This document shows, in pieces, positions 50,616 through 64,000 of a stretch of DNA of 64,000 nucleotides (positions are counted from its first letter, which is position 1; the number at the start of each line of letters is the position of its first letter). The notes under the pieces are model-generated. The model did not search any database and had not been told where the DNA came from. It saw only the letters and a program-made list of their open reading frames with translations. A program made the position numbers and the translations under genes. The stretch comes from Paragordius varius (taxonomy: Eukaryota; Animalia; Nematomorpha): positions 9,672,001 to 9,736,000 of the forward strand of contig OZ176052.1 in assembly GCA_964247055.1 (NCBI GenBank), in the 5' to 3' direction.

Positions 50616-52359
50616 TCTATATATTTATAAAAATAAAAAATGCTGGCTTTGTGATCTATTTCTGGAAAACAGGAAGACCCACCAAATGTGGTAAAAAATA
50701 TAATCATTAATGAATGCTCCAACAATAGCTTCACCTCTTTTTTAATTTAGGCCCCAGTTCGGGCACACCTCCTGAAATCGTGTCATTGAGACAATTTTCC
50801 CGAAAACGTATTGGACCATTCGATTTCAAATATGATTTTTTTTTCTACTTATTTTCGATTGCGCCGAACATAGTCGGCTCGATTTTTTAATTTAGGCCCT
50901 ATTTTTACACGCTCCCCCCGTAAAAAGCCATTTTTTCAAAAAAATTAGGTCCACAACATAAAAATAATTTTTTAAAATTTTTCCGCCAAGGTATGAGACC
51001 GTAAAAATTCAATATGGATTCCAAGTATTTCCTGTTAAAAGACACAAATCTTACTCGTGCGTTTTTTTATATTGGCTCCTGGGTAAGGAGATACCTAATA
51101 AATACTGCCCCATCATATCAAAATAGCGTGCCTTTGGTGCTAATTTTAAAAAACCTATCAGGCCATATGAGTTCAATAGGTGATTAGAATATTAATCATT
51201 ACAAGGCAAAAATTTAGGTCGTATGGTTTTTTTAAATTAACCGTTAATTAGGCCATTCACGCCCTTAAAAATACGCCATCATAGAGTAGGCAATTTTCCC
51301 AAAAGCTAATGAGAGCATGTAGAATCAATCATGATTTTAAATATTCACCGTAAAATGGCAAATTTTAATCAAGCGCTTTTTTGTATCAGCCTCTGGTAGG
51401 GAGCTACCCGCCTAAAATTGCGGCACTATATCGAGAAGTTACGTTGTTTAGGAGTTTTTTTTTTCAGATAACTTATCAGGACATATAAGTTTAATAAGGG
51501 CCTGAAATATTATCCGTAAAAAGGCAAAAATTTAAGTCAAACGGTTTTTTAAAATTAGCCGTTAAAAATGAGCTATCATTGAACTATTATTCAGTTTTGA
51601 AGCCATTCTTCCAAAAACTATTATGGAATGAATGATGATTTCCCTTATAAGGCAAATTTTTTTATCGAACGTCTTTTTTATATTGGCCTCTGTGTAAGGA
51701 GCTACTCGCCAAAAACTGCGCACTATAAAGCAAATGCGTTGTTTTGGAGCTAATTTACTAGCCATATGAGCTTATTAAAAGCTTGAAGTATTACCCGTAA
51801 CTAAGCAATGAAGGTCAGGGTTTTTTTATTAGCCGTTAAGTTGGGGCCCTTATGACCTATACACCATTAATAACGATTATTAGTGTTGAGGTATTTTTTC
51901 GAATAACCCATCAGACGATGGTATCAATTCCAAATATTTCCTATAAAGGCAAAGAATTTAACCCAGCGCTTTTTCCATTTAGGTCTATGGGTAGGGGTCT
52001 ACCGGTTTTAAATAGAGACGCCATTGGACCTAATTTTCAAAAAACTTAAGAAGCCATACCCCATGTCAAAAATAAAGCTTTTTTGCACGTTTAACCCAAT
52101 AATTGCGTATATTTTTTATACCAAGACCATTGGTGAATAAATATTTTTTTGGTAACATTGTTAAAATTTGGTGTGCTTCCTTTATACTATTAAACTCGCT
52201 CAACAATATGTTTTTGAGGCTATTTTTCGCCAAAATTATGAGATCATAATAAATTCATTAGGAGTGCAGATCGCGTATAAAGGCAAAAAAATTTGCTCCT
52301 TCCCCCAAGAAGTCCGAAGAACTTTCTCTGGCTGCGTAGCAGTCCGAGATTTACGCTAG
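50616..52359 (+). mobile_element. Non-autonomous Helitron, second copy
   Basis: A|TCTATATATTTATAAAAAT at 50616. One unit of the 500-bp repeat is followed by degenerate subrepeats of about 150 bp (aaggcaaaaattt, gggagctacccgc). Hairpin gctgcgtagcagt and CTAG|T at 52356-52360. Confidence 0.85.
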
Positions 52360-52789
52360 TTTAATATATAAGAAAAATAGAAAAGATTTTTAACTCTTTC
52401 AATGAGAACAATCATCACAAGAACGAAAAATGTGAGTTTACCAAAATTATCGGTATAACGATTGAATACGGTTGTTTTTTCATATAATAAGCATTTATCT
52501 GTAATGTATGTTTTATCAATTTTGTAGCTAGTGGTACATGTAGCGCTTTAATTTGCAACTTATGGTGGAATCAAAAACTTAAATTTAAAATAATTAAAAA
52601 TATGTGGGCATAAAAAATGTTTGGATTAGTTTAATATTTTTGTGGCAATCATGTAATTAGCAGTTATTGAAAGTTATATAGCCCAACCATAGCCATCAAT
52701 CTCATTAAAAACAATGATTAAGTAGTTGTGAAAAGTCCTACAGTAGCCTAAAAACTCCGATTTTCGATCGTATATAAGAGCTTTACTAT

Positions 52790-53185
52790 TTAAAAATTCT
52801 TTAAAATTTTGAATCGAATCCCCAATAAAATATAAGACATGAGATCTTTAATAAGCAATGATATACCTGACATAATTTTACGTATTAATTCTTCATCCAT
52901 TAGTGATAATTGATGAGCACATGCCTGTTGTAAATCTAATATTTGATATTTCTAATTTATACATTTATTTCCTTAACTTTCAAGCGATTCGGAATCATTT
53001 GTTTTATGGCCGAGATTCCTATTGATTTAAACATTTGCATAACAAGTTCTTGTCGATTAGACAAATAGGTGGTTAGAGGATTTACCTCTATTGTTAAATC
53101 ATAAGAAGTATCAAAAGCTTCTTCTCCAGACTAATAATATTAAAAAAAATTTTACCTTCTTGGATATATTTGTTTCTTGTGGCAT
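52790..53185 (-). CDS. CAAP1: CAAP1-like (caspase activity and apoptosis inhibitor 1 domain); missed by the ORF track because of micro-introns
   Basis: Exons 53185-53156, 53130-52978, 52951-52867, 52845-52790 with introns of 25, 26 and 21 nt. EVNPLTTYLSNRQELVMQMFKSIGISAIKQMIPNRLKKYQILDLQQACAHQLSLMDEELIRKIMSG matches the recalled CAAP1 pattern LKPISFYI.DR.EML.Q.F..I..KKLQKMLPD.LK......IKKLC.EQLELLS...I.KILEG. C-terminus uncertain. Confidence 0.65.
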
Positions 53186-53231
53186 ATAACCATATGATTT
53201 ATTTGTGCCAATTTTAAACGCAAAAACCACA

Positions 53232-56200
53232 ATGGAAAATTTTGATTTAGAATATGATTCCGATTTTACTCTTTTAGCTGAACGTAAAGCCAAACGAGTA
53301 AGTTTCGCTAAATCTACTTTTGTGAGGTAATTTTTTAATAAATGTTTATAGGGAATTTACCGATCCAGTGCATCCACAAGAATATTATAATAATGGCATC
53401 CAATATACCAATTGCGATAGGGTTAAAAATTCACCACCGAAAAACTCACAAGATGATTCATTAAATCGAAATCTTTACCAGATGAACTATCTCCCAAGCC
53501 ATAAAAGATCTTCAACCATAAACGATGAGTGGAAAAAGTTACGATCATTAGAACATTTAGACCCGATTGAACAATCTATGGATATAACTCTTGATATGAG
53601 CCTCCCTAATAATCCCAATACCGTTTTTGAAAATGGTTGCGACGATTTCGGAAAGGAAAATAATGGAATGGATTTGCAAGTCGAAAATCCGTTTAAAAAT
53701 AAAAGCACAGCCACTAATTTTAGTGCTTCAAACGCTACGAATGAAAACAAAACTGGTATTACGGTCATAAAGGCTCCATTGATTGAAATAAATTTTGCAA
53801 CAAGCAATAATACTAATAATCAAACGCCTACAAAATCACCATCGCATTGTTCCATGTCTCTGGTTGATGATATGAGTCAAATAGCTACACTCAGCTCACA
53901 AAAGGGCAAAGAAGATTCTAAATTGCTAAATATTTCAATGACACCTTCCAACCACAGTCTTTATAGTCAAAAAAGCGTACAAGATGTTAAGAAATCAGTT
54001 TTGAATACACAAAATATTAGCCATAAAGCTTTACAATTACCCATTAATAAGAGTAGCGACGGAAATATGATTAATGGTCATCATCAAAGCTATGACAGTT
54101 CCGCAATGGTTATAGATAATTCGGTATTCAATACACCTAAACCGCAAAATAAATCGTCGGTGATACCAAAAGTCTCGTTTTCAAATCAAAGTTATTTACG
54201 ACATTTTTCAATTTTGTTTTAATTATTAAAGTATTAATATTTTAAAATTTTTGGTATTAACATATTTTGTTAGATGGAGAATGTTGAAATTAAATATATC
54301 TTAAATTAATTATTGGCTTAAATCTCGATCCGATTGTCCTAAAAATATGTAATTTTATCCTTATTTCTCTCATATAGATACTTTTACTACTTTAGTGTTA
54401 TAACTTAAAAATCCGTGGTATAACGGTAAACTTTAATTATGCATTTTCTGTTTATTTTATATAACATCGTTTGAAATGCTTTAAGGAGTTTATACAAAAC
54501 ATTATCCATTCTATCTACCATATTAATATGATTATGATTTTTAATCTACAAAAACATTGTTTTGTAATTTAATATTAAAAATAGCATGTGACATAAAAGT
54601 TTTGTATGGTTTGCATTAATAAAAATCCCATTATCATTATTACAATTATATACCCTGTAAATAGTTTTAAAGTAGGGTGAGTTCCAGTTTCAATTGTTCC
54701 ATCTCTTTTTCATGTGTTTGTAGAGATTTAATATTTTTTAATATGGATATAACGTAGAAACTATTTTTGACAAAGACAAATCACAAGACAAAACAACTTC
54801 ATCGGTCATCAAATTGAAATCTATAATAAAACAATCATCTTACATTGACTATCAAGTAATCTATATTTAATACTGTCTCATAAACCCCAAAAAAATTTTA
54901 CAGTAGTAAATTTATCATATTTTATGGGTGCCGTTTTAATAAAAATTACCTATGATATCCATCCATAGTTAGAAAAATGTTTCATTAAAGTTTTGTGTGT
55001 TAAGTCCATTACTTTACATAACAAAATATCGATAATGACTATGTATTATATGTAGACGGCATCGTTACTATTCTTAAATCATATATATACCATTACGATT
55101 CAAATTCACCCTTAAACAATTCAAATACACTCTTGAACAATTCAAATCCACCCTTGAACAATTCGAATTCACTCTCGAACAATTCAAATTTACCCTCAAA
55201 TAAAATATATGTTTTTTGAGATTAAAAATTACCTATATTTTTATATATTTTTAAAAAATAAAAATTTTGTTTTAAATTTAAATAATACTGAAAAAATAAT
55301 AAACTATGACATAAATATATATTTTATATTAATAATGAGTTATATTAGTTCGTAAACACATAATTTAATTTTAGGGTGATTAAATTGTTCAAAGGTGAAT
55401 TTGAACTGTAAATGGTATATATATAAATAATATATATTTATATTAAAATTATTTGAATAATAGTTATTCTAAATTTTTACTAAATAATGGGTGTGTGTAG
55501 GTTGAAATAAAGAAACCAGAACAAACTGCCACCTACAATAATGTACATGAAAAAAGTATGATATATGACATGTCTATCGAAGAGGACGAAGAAAAGGGTA
55601 TTTATATTGAAATCTAATTTTTTTTACTATATTAATTTTAAAATTTGGATAAATATTTAAAGAATGAAAATTAAATAATGAAAATACTTTAAACAATATT
55701 ATAGATTGTGCTTACTTATAAAATTAAGATACATGGCAATATAAAAAAAAATTATATTGTAAATTGTATAGATTAATTAGAGTATTTTGCCACGTATTAT
55801 TGGGATTTTTTAAATCAAAAGTACTATACTTTACCTCTTTTTTTATATTTGGTGTACGCAATTAAATAGGATTATTTTTTATAACACACTTTATATTCTA
55901 TAAATATTTTTAATGTAAAGACGACGCTAGTGAATGTAACGATCATCCATCCATTAAAAAATCAATCACAGATATCAAAAATGATGCTGATAACAATAAA
56001 ACAGGTTATTATTTATAAGCCTTTCGCGATTTTTTAAATAAAAAAAAGAAAATGGTAAATTATCAAAAATTTTATTCTATCTCGCCGAAAATCTTATTTT
56101 TTAAGGTTATAATTTACATTTTTCGGAAATTATTTTGATGCAGGGATTAAAACCGGACCCGGTTCCAAAAGAACGTCTAAAAAATTGGACCGCTTAATTC

Positions 56201-59200
56201 AACTATACAAGTTTAGAATATAAGGAGAAAACACGAAGTGTTTAGAATAATTTGATGCAAACATCAGCAAAATTAATGAGGAATTAATTAATGTTTTCGT
56301 TAGAATCATCTAACGTTAAATCAAAATTAACCTAATATAAATTTAATAAAGTAAAAAGTCATATTTCTTATTCTTGATTTTTTTTACAACCTATATGATT
56401 ATAATGTGCTGCATAAATTTGATAGATTTACAACACATCTATTCCATATTTAGCAACCAACGATGCGTTATATTTTAACTTAATCTAACAAAATTATGAT
56501 TTTAATTATAAAAAATATAATATTTATATTATTATTATTGAAACAACCTATTTTAATTTAACTGAAAACATTTTGGTTCTTAACCTTTACTAAGGTGAAT
56601 TGTCCCTAAAATCTTTACTTTTTTGTTTTAATCACCTATTTAGCTTTAACAGAAACTGATGCATCTCTCATTGCCTCGCAGCAAATTCCATTGATTGCAA
56701 TGTCTATGGACGAACCCAATATGAAAATTGATAACTTGACATTCAACAATCAAGGTCAAGAACCATCTCTCATGGATATGTCTTGTGAAACAACAACAAC
56801 TCATCAACAAAACCATTCTTCTTTCAATGTTGTAAAAGAAAGTGATAAAATTGTGGAGTTGCCTAGGCAACCACCAGAACAAGAAAACGAAATTGAGATT
56901 CAAACTACAGAATTGTTACAAAATATTGTCGAGAATTTGAATGATTGTAGTAATGATAATGAGAAAGATATGGGCCCTGGGATAGAAAGAGACGATGAAG
57001 ATATATCAAGTATATAATTTGAGTTTGGACTTTGTGCAAAAAAGATTTTTTGGACACACAGTAAAATATAATAATCATTTTCACTTTTTTAGTTAAAACA
57101 TGTATACATGCTTAAATAATGACCAATTTTTACACATCTATAAATTAATTGTTAATTCCAAACGAAAGCATGTCTGATATAATTACGTTAAAATCAACTA
57201 TGGTAAAAAACTTGAGTTTTAATTCTACCACCAAATCTTAATGACTTTTAAATATCCAATTGCGGATACTAAAATCGCATTATATACAGTGAACCTCAAC
57301 GAAAATAGGTAAAAGGGCAAGATTCATATAAAAAGTCCACACAAAAAAGTTGACTGTATAAAACATTTTACGATTATATTCACCACGATCCATAATAAAT
57401 TTATCCCCGATAAAAAGTGTATTTTATTTTATCCATCCATATCTTAGGTTTCGAACGGATTGAGCGCTCAATTCTCATGGATCAAAATTCTGAAGTAAGC
57501 AATCACAGTGACTCAGCCGTATCATTTGATAAAGAATCATTCATAAATTCAATCATTGCTAGTTACCAGAATAAATTTCGACCAAATGAGGTATTACACA
57601 AACTATATTATAAATAATCGTTGAAGTAATTTATTAAAATCTAAATTTTCGCACAAAAGCATCCCTAGAAGTTATTTTAAGTCTTCAAAACGAAAACAAA
57701 ATGAAATATATACCATTTGCAGAGTCTCCTTGAATACTTCAAGTTGGTCCTTAAACATTTCAAGTTGATCCTTAAATTTCTAAATTTGAATTTAACCATA
57801 TATTTCAAAATAAATTTTTTTATTCAGAAACTTTTTGTTTCAAATTAATTTTTTCAAATTTAACAAAATTTTTACCTTATAAATGTTTTTAACCAAAAAA
57901 TTCTATTGAATAACCCAGTAAACTTATATATTTTTATTTAAATGTTGAAATTTTATATGAAAAAATTTTTAGGGTAATAAAGATATACGGTTTCTGAATA
58001 ATTTAAAAAGGATATTGAAGTAAATTATGAATAAAAAATAAGTTTAAAATGATGAAATAGATAAATGATACACGACTTGATTAATAAAAGTTAAAAAACA
58101 AAACAAAAATGTTTATGGACCAACTTGAAGTGTTTAAGGACCAACTTGAAGTGTTCAAGGACAGTCTTAAAGTGCAAATGGTGGTTTATCAAATTTGTTA
58201 ACTGATCTAAATTAACGGTAAACGAGTTTATTTTAAAAAATACTACTGCATGCGAAAATATGAGTACTGACAAAATTATTACCTCCCTCCTTATTTTTAA
58301 AATAATTTGTTATTGAATGTTAAATATTGAAATATATTTATATATATATGTTTTGTCTTACATATAGGATGCTATGGTTAACATTATCATGCAAGGTACA
58401 CATAACAACAAAGCGTCAAAATTGCTAGAAATATTGTGTTGTGAATTCGATTCCAACTATCATAAATTTATGTCGGAAAAAATTGTGTATGTGTTAATAA
58501 GACAAATTATATTGTACATATATAAATTATAAAGTTTTAATAATTTTCTTTTTTAACATTGATTAATAATGGCATGTTTTAATATTTGTAATTTTTTAAC
58601 ACTCAACTATATAATTTTGGTTTAAATGAATTTGAATTAGTATTTATATTTTATTGCATAGTTTTTTATTTAGAATATAACGAGATCAAATCGATTATAT
58701 TATCGAATTCAGTTTTTTGCTTTATATAGCTATATTATACAATAATTAAATATAATTAATGGTGATTTCGTTTATTATTTAATTTCAATTATACATTAAT
58801 TAGTCTCTGGATTTTGAAACAACCCAACTTACTCATTAAATTTGACGAAGAAAATGACGTTAGCTTCTATCAAATGCATTTACAATATGTCGAACAATTT
58901 TATCAACAAATTAGAGTAAGTCTTATATTTTGCTTTAAAATGGTTTAAATTTTACTATTTCACGGAATTTTCTATTTTCAAGGGCATGGAATTTGTTAAT
59001 GTTTAAGGCTCATATAATCGAGATGAACAAATATTTTATTATATAAATAAAATTTTTAATATACCGTCAACAATTTTGGGAAGTTATACATTATATTTAG
59101 GTAGTGTTCGAGACCGGTCAAAAATATATCCAATTTGATCGCCAATAATTTTATTATTATTATTATAATCAGTCATCATTACCATAATTAATGAAACAAA

Positions 59201-59415
59201 ATGATATTATTCGTTTAAGATATTTAAGAAAATTTGATAAAATATTATATTTCTTAGTTTTTACCTTTTAAATTTTGGTTTATCATTGTTTCATATTAAT
59301 ATTGATCACGTGATATACGAATGTTTAAAAGTTTTTTGACTGGTATTAACTTTATATAAGAAACTATTTTGTTTTGTATATGTTTGGAGAAAAGATTTGT
59401 TTTTATTTTATTTTT

Positions 59416-59470
<55 letters not shown>

Positions 59471-62400
59471 GAATAGAATCATAAGCAGCAGGAAAACAAT
59501 GCTGAGAAGAAAGAATCCGAAGCAAATAAGCAAACATTGCAAAATTTTTATAAAAGTCAACGTAAAAATAATATGGAGCTTTTCCATACTGAAGTATTGG
59601 CCATAAAAGGCATTCGTGCCAAATACAATAAATTAATATCTGATATCAAGAATGAAATTATGGTGGGAAAAAGTAAAATTCAACAAGTTAAATTAGCTCT
59701 CACTACTAAACAAAAGTATGAACTTTTGAAAAAAAAAATAAATTTGATTTAAAATAAGTATTCAAAGCAATAATATATAAATATTGATTTTTTGTCATCA
59801 TTGGTGGTATAAAAAAATATGTGTAAAAAAACTTAAGTTTTTGAGATAAAAATTTAGCTTTTAAGGCAATTTCAGGTGTTTGTTTTATATATTTTTTTGC
59901 GGATAAATATCATTAATTGACATTGATGAAAGAAAGAATTATTTATATAAAATAATTTAACTAACATATTCTAAAACTGAAAATATTTTAAATTATTTTA
60001 ACTAACATATTCCAAAACTGAAAATATTTTAAATTATTTTAACTAACATATTCCAAAACTGAAAATAAATTATTTTTTGCAATTTACCATATTTAGACTG
60101 TATCTTGACACATGCAAACGGTTGCATGATAAAAAACGAGAAATAACCAAAGAAGCTAATAAAAGAGTCGATATCCTAATATCCAAACTTTCTGCCATTC
60201 ATTCCAACATTATAAATCAAAAACAGACACAAAATTTAATAGAGAATGGAAATTTGAATACAAATGAAACTGAAAATGATGATTTAACTCCTATAAAAAT
60301 CTATGAAAAGTAAGTTTGATAAAATTGTTATTTAGTATTGTTTGAAGGATTTAAACTATATTCATATTTATTAAAAAAAAAGGTTTATATATATTTTAAA
60401 TACTTTCTGGCTAAAAAGGGATAGGTCTTACAAATTTATATGATAAATTTTTATATTTTTTATGTAATTATTTTGTCATAAAAAAGATATTTTAAATATT
60501 ATCTTCGAATTCACCCTCGAACAATTTAAATTAACCCTAAATTATTAATTTACTCCTCAAAAATAAATTGTTTTTTTGAAAATTAAAAATTCTATGCTTA
60601 TTATTTAAAATATCATTTCTTTAAAATCATCGTACAGAAAATATTATAAATGCCATAAGAAATATTTCCTATTATACCATTTACAATTAAAATTCACCCT
60701 TAAACATTTCAAATTCATCCTCGAAAAATTCAATTCACCCCTGAACAATTAAAATTCACTCTAAAAATAAATTATGTGTTTTTGGCCTAATATAACTTTT
60801 CATTTAAATGAAATATCTCTTATTGGCATAGTTTATTTTTTCCCGTATTATTTAAATTTCAAACGAAATTTCATTTTTAAAAAATACAGAAAAATATTAG
60901 TAATTTTTAATCTTAAAAAACCTTAATTTATTTTAGGATGAATTTGAATTGTTTGAGGTAAAATGAATTGTTGGGTGAATTTGAACTGTAGTAAATGGTA
61001 TATTGAGTTAAATTAGCCAAATACTTATTTATGTTTTAAGGGTGAATTCGAAATTAATGGTATATATATATATATATATATTATTTATTTTTGTTTAGAA
61101 ATATTTTATGGAAATACAAATCGCTGCAAATTTTAGACGACACTATTAACTCACACAATCAACCAGTTATTAAATTAGATTTCTTCTTGAATCACCAACG
61201 CACTCATTTATTATCCATATTTTGTTCACCGAGAACAACAAAATTAACCAATCCGGAAGATATAACTCTTGCAACATTATTTCAAAATGATTTTCTTGTT
61301 AATGTCGAAATTATTGATTTAATCAAAGGAACCGGTTAGTTTATAAACTTATTTAGATTGTTTGAAATTTTAATAGTTTGTTTGTGATAATTATTGAAAG
61401 TTTTTCATTTAAAATTAATTGATATTCAATATTTGGACCCGCTTTCCATATAATTACTACCATTTTAAGAAAAACATGGCTAAATACCGCATGATTATTC
61501 TTTTTTTTAAATTAAAATTAAATTATTCATTTGAATTAATATTCAGTTTTTGGATGATATTTAATATTATTCTGCAGTACTTAAGAAAATGATTTAATTT
61601 AAATTTATTATATAATTGTTGCCTCATAATAATGCTTATAAACATCCATGTATACTTAAAATATAGGATTAAAATTTAAAAACTTTAATTTTTGTTTAAT
61701 TTTTTTTATTAAAGCGCGGAGGGTTTTATAACGTATCAATTGTATTTGATTGTTTACACTATGTAATTTTGATTTATTCATATAAATATAGCTGGCTGGA
61801 AAGAGCGATGTTATTTGACATTTTCCTGGGATTATTTCTATATGGCATTTAATGCACAAATCAAGCCAATGTTAAAATCTTCATTACAAATTAAAACAGT
61901 GATTAATTTATTATATACAATTTGTTTCATAGGCTGACTTCATTGTAAAATAATTTTAAAGTTTCATCAAATATTTGAATGCCGATGCGATTCGGTTTTT
62001 ACCTCTATTAATGTTAACAAATTAAATATAAAAATTTGTCAGTATTGTAATTATCGAATACAATGTTGTTGTTTTTTATAGTTTTTTTCATATTTACCAA
62101 AAAAATTTAAACCCCTTATAAAATTTGCAATAAATAAACCGTTAATAACTTTAAAAACTAAAATACAGTATAACACAACCTAATATAAATTTTTAGATAT
62201 TTTTTATTATATAAAAAATTATTTGTTTTTAATAGATTTTATTTTATATAAATTATAGATTCTAAGCCGATTACAACTACTCTTAAGCTTTCGGGCGAAG
62301 TTACATTCAATCCTCAAACAAGTTGCATGTGAAAATGTAACCGTATTTTCTGACAAAAATATTTTTAGGTAAAGTTTAATTAATTCTTATAAACTGAAGC

Positions 62401-63532
62401 TTCGATATTTTTTAATTAGAAAATCTATGCGTTCTGAAGGTTTCTTACTGTTCAATATAATGATCATTGTGTTGAAAGGATTAAAGATGTTTACTTTTAA
62501 TATATTAATTTAAGATTTTGTTGGAAAATAAAAAATTCTTTGAGAACGCTATATATTTTGATATTAAGTGAGTGTTAAATTATTGTAATTTTGCATATTT
62601 TATGGATACTTTTATTTGTAGTAATCTACATTTTTAACATTGTTAAAGGTAGAATATAGGAGGTTAGGTATTTTGGATTTTTTTATTTACTCTTTGTCAT
62701 CTCTTAAAATATAGCATGTAGTAATTTCTTTACATTATTATACCGCAATTATCAGTTTTTTATAAAAATTTTAATAATTATAAAATCATTATATTTTTTG
62801 ACTGGCCGAATTGAGAATTGACAAACAATATTTCGAAAATTTAATATAATTTATCATAAATGTTATAATTATAGGACAATTTTAATTATGAAAAATAAAT
62901 ATCCCCTAAGCTCAGCAAATTTTTCAAAGATAATATAAAAGTTTGAAACATTAAAAACAAATTTTTTTAGAATTATATTAACAATTTATACCAATATACC
63001 AGTAATATATGTAAAATCGTTGCTATCCCAATCAAAAAACATGCCAATATTGCCGTTTATTGATAAACGCCGATTAATTATATTCTACAACCAAATGCCA
63101 CAAAATCTTTTTAAAATTAGTTCTGAAATTATTTTATGTTCATTATATGCCTAAATAATGTATATTTTTTGTTTAATAGATTTGATACCATGTGCCTACT
63201 AAAAGAACCATTTTCCATTTACAAACTCTGTATTGAAATGACTCCACAATCGTTTGAAAGCTTAGACTCCACTTCTGTAACTCCCGTATTAATTTATGGG
63301 ACAAATCAGTAAGAAAAAAATTTACCTATTTTTTTAAGTTTTTTACCATAGGATAAAAAAAGATTCTATTTGATTTTTATTTTTTTGTTAACATATTGAC
63401 CCTTTTTTATATTGACACAGAGATTCAAAAATAAATGAACACATTGAAAAATGCAAGATATCTTGTGTTGATCGATATTGGGAATTCATATTAGAAATTA
63501 CAAACATTTTTTCACAACACCCTTACAAATAA
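53232..63532 (+). CDS. KNL1: Kinetochore scaffold KNL1/Spc105 (RVSF motif, MELT-like repeats, coiled coil, putative RWD C-terminus)
   Basis: 15 exons, phases close: 53232-53326, 53352-54171, 55501-55597, 55921-56004, 56653-57009, 57448-57590, 58368-58486, 58804-58915, 59477-59715, 60097-60309, 61099-61334, 61792-61898, 62259-62368, 63180-63308, 63421-63532. KRVSFAKSTFVREF near the N-terminus; MDIT, MDLQ, MSLV, MSIE, MDMSCET motifs in a low-complexity region; then a helical region and a globular tail. The last five exons are less certain. Confidence 0.8.
55086..55419. mobile_element. MITE, TATACCA-ended family 1
   Basis: tataccattac ... gtaaatggtata, with four to five 21-bp units aaattcacccttgaacaattc on the left arm. 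Confidence 0.85.
57709..58185. mobile_element. MITE, TATACCATTT-ended family 4
   Basis: tataccatttgc ... gcaaatggt, with 21-bp units ccttaaacatttcaagttggt on the left and their inverse on the right. Confidence 0.8.
59419..59468. repeat. (AT)25 microsatellite abutting a KNL1 splice acceptor
   Basis: AT run followed by ctgaatag and the exon at 59477. Confidence 0.95.
59958..60067. repeat. 41-bp tandem repeat, about 2.7 copies
   Basis: ctaacatatt recurs at 59961, 60002 and 60043. Confidence 0.9.
60673..61002. mobile_element. MITE, TATACCA-ended family 1, nested in an older copy (about 60500-61065)
   Basis: tataccatttac ... gtaaatggtata. Flanking remnants (gaattcaccctcgaacaatt and gggtgaattcgaaattaatggtata) belong to an outer copy. 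Confidence 0.8.
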
Positions 63533-64000
63533 AGTCAGGATGTGCCACCGATCTATAATTATTTGATATGTCAAATTTTTATCTCATAAATAACTTTTAT
63601 TTAGACTCTTTAATCTTCATACATATACCCCTTATTTATCAAATAAATATAATGTCCTTTAAATTTGTAATCAGTAAATAAAATTTTGGTACCATAATAT
63701 GTATTTAATTGTAGCCATTTAAATTTATTTTGATATATTATTGTTTTTGAGATTTTAATTACCATATCTCTCTTTCTCTCTCTACCTTGACTAAAACGAT
63801 AGAATTTTATTTATTTTTAAGCCTAGTAGTCAAATGAAAGTACCGTCTTTCTTGTAATTTACTTTTCAAAACTCATCAGATCAAAATATTTGAGCCCGCG
63901 AGAAGATTGATTTTCTTAAACAACGTCTTTGAATAAATTTTCTCGAATTTCGGCCATGAACTAGCCAAAAATGTTGAAATAAATAGTGGTTTTTACAAAA

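Noticed and set aside
53111-53293. ORF-track protein MALRSAKRVKSES...
   Set aside because: It starts at TTG, is antisense to KNL1 exon 1 and reads into a 25-nt intron. Only its MPQETNISKK part is used in the CAAP1-like model.

Overview
Very AT-rich (roughly three-quarters A+T by eye) eukaryotic, almost certainly metazoan, genomic DNA using the standard code. Manual splicing of the ORF fragments gives five recognisable genes: the NUP155 5' part (-, runs off the left edge), a complete 18-exon Hillarin (LIM plus inactive transglutaminase-like domain, +), a complete 15-exon RBM26/27 (PWI-CCCH-RRM, -), a CAAP1-like gene (-) and a 15-exon KNL1/Spc105 (+). The last two are head-to-head with only 46 bp between start codons. 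There are also three orphan genes, one predicted to be secreted and one with a duplicated exon module. Intron sizes are bimodal: at least ten are 21-26 nt GT-AG micro-introns, while others are swollen to kilobases by transposons. This suggests a genome-reduced parasitic lineage (dicyemid, myxozoan or orthonectid type; inference only). The mobile content includes two non-autonomous Helitrons (one inside a MITE whose empty-site sister copy is in this window), a group of TATACCATTT-ended elements with 21-bp repeats, an RTE LINE and a 1.16-kb palindrome. Candidate RNA structures are an HDV-like ribozyme core in an RBM26 intron and a GC-rich three-way junction. All exon models come from hand translation and phase checking; no database search was run.
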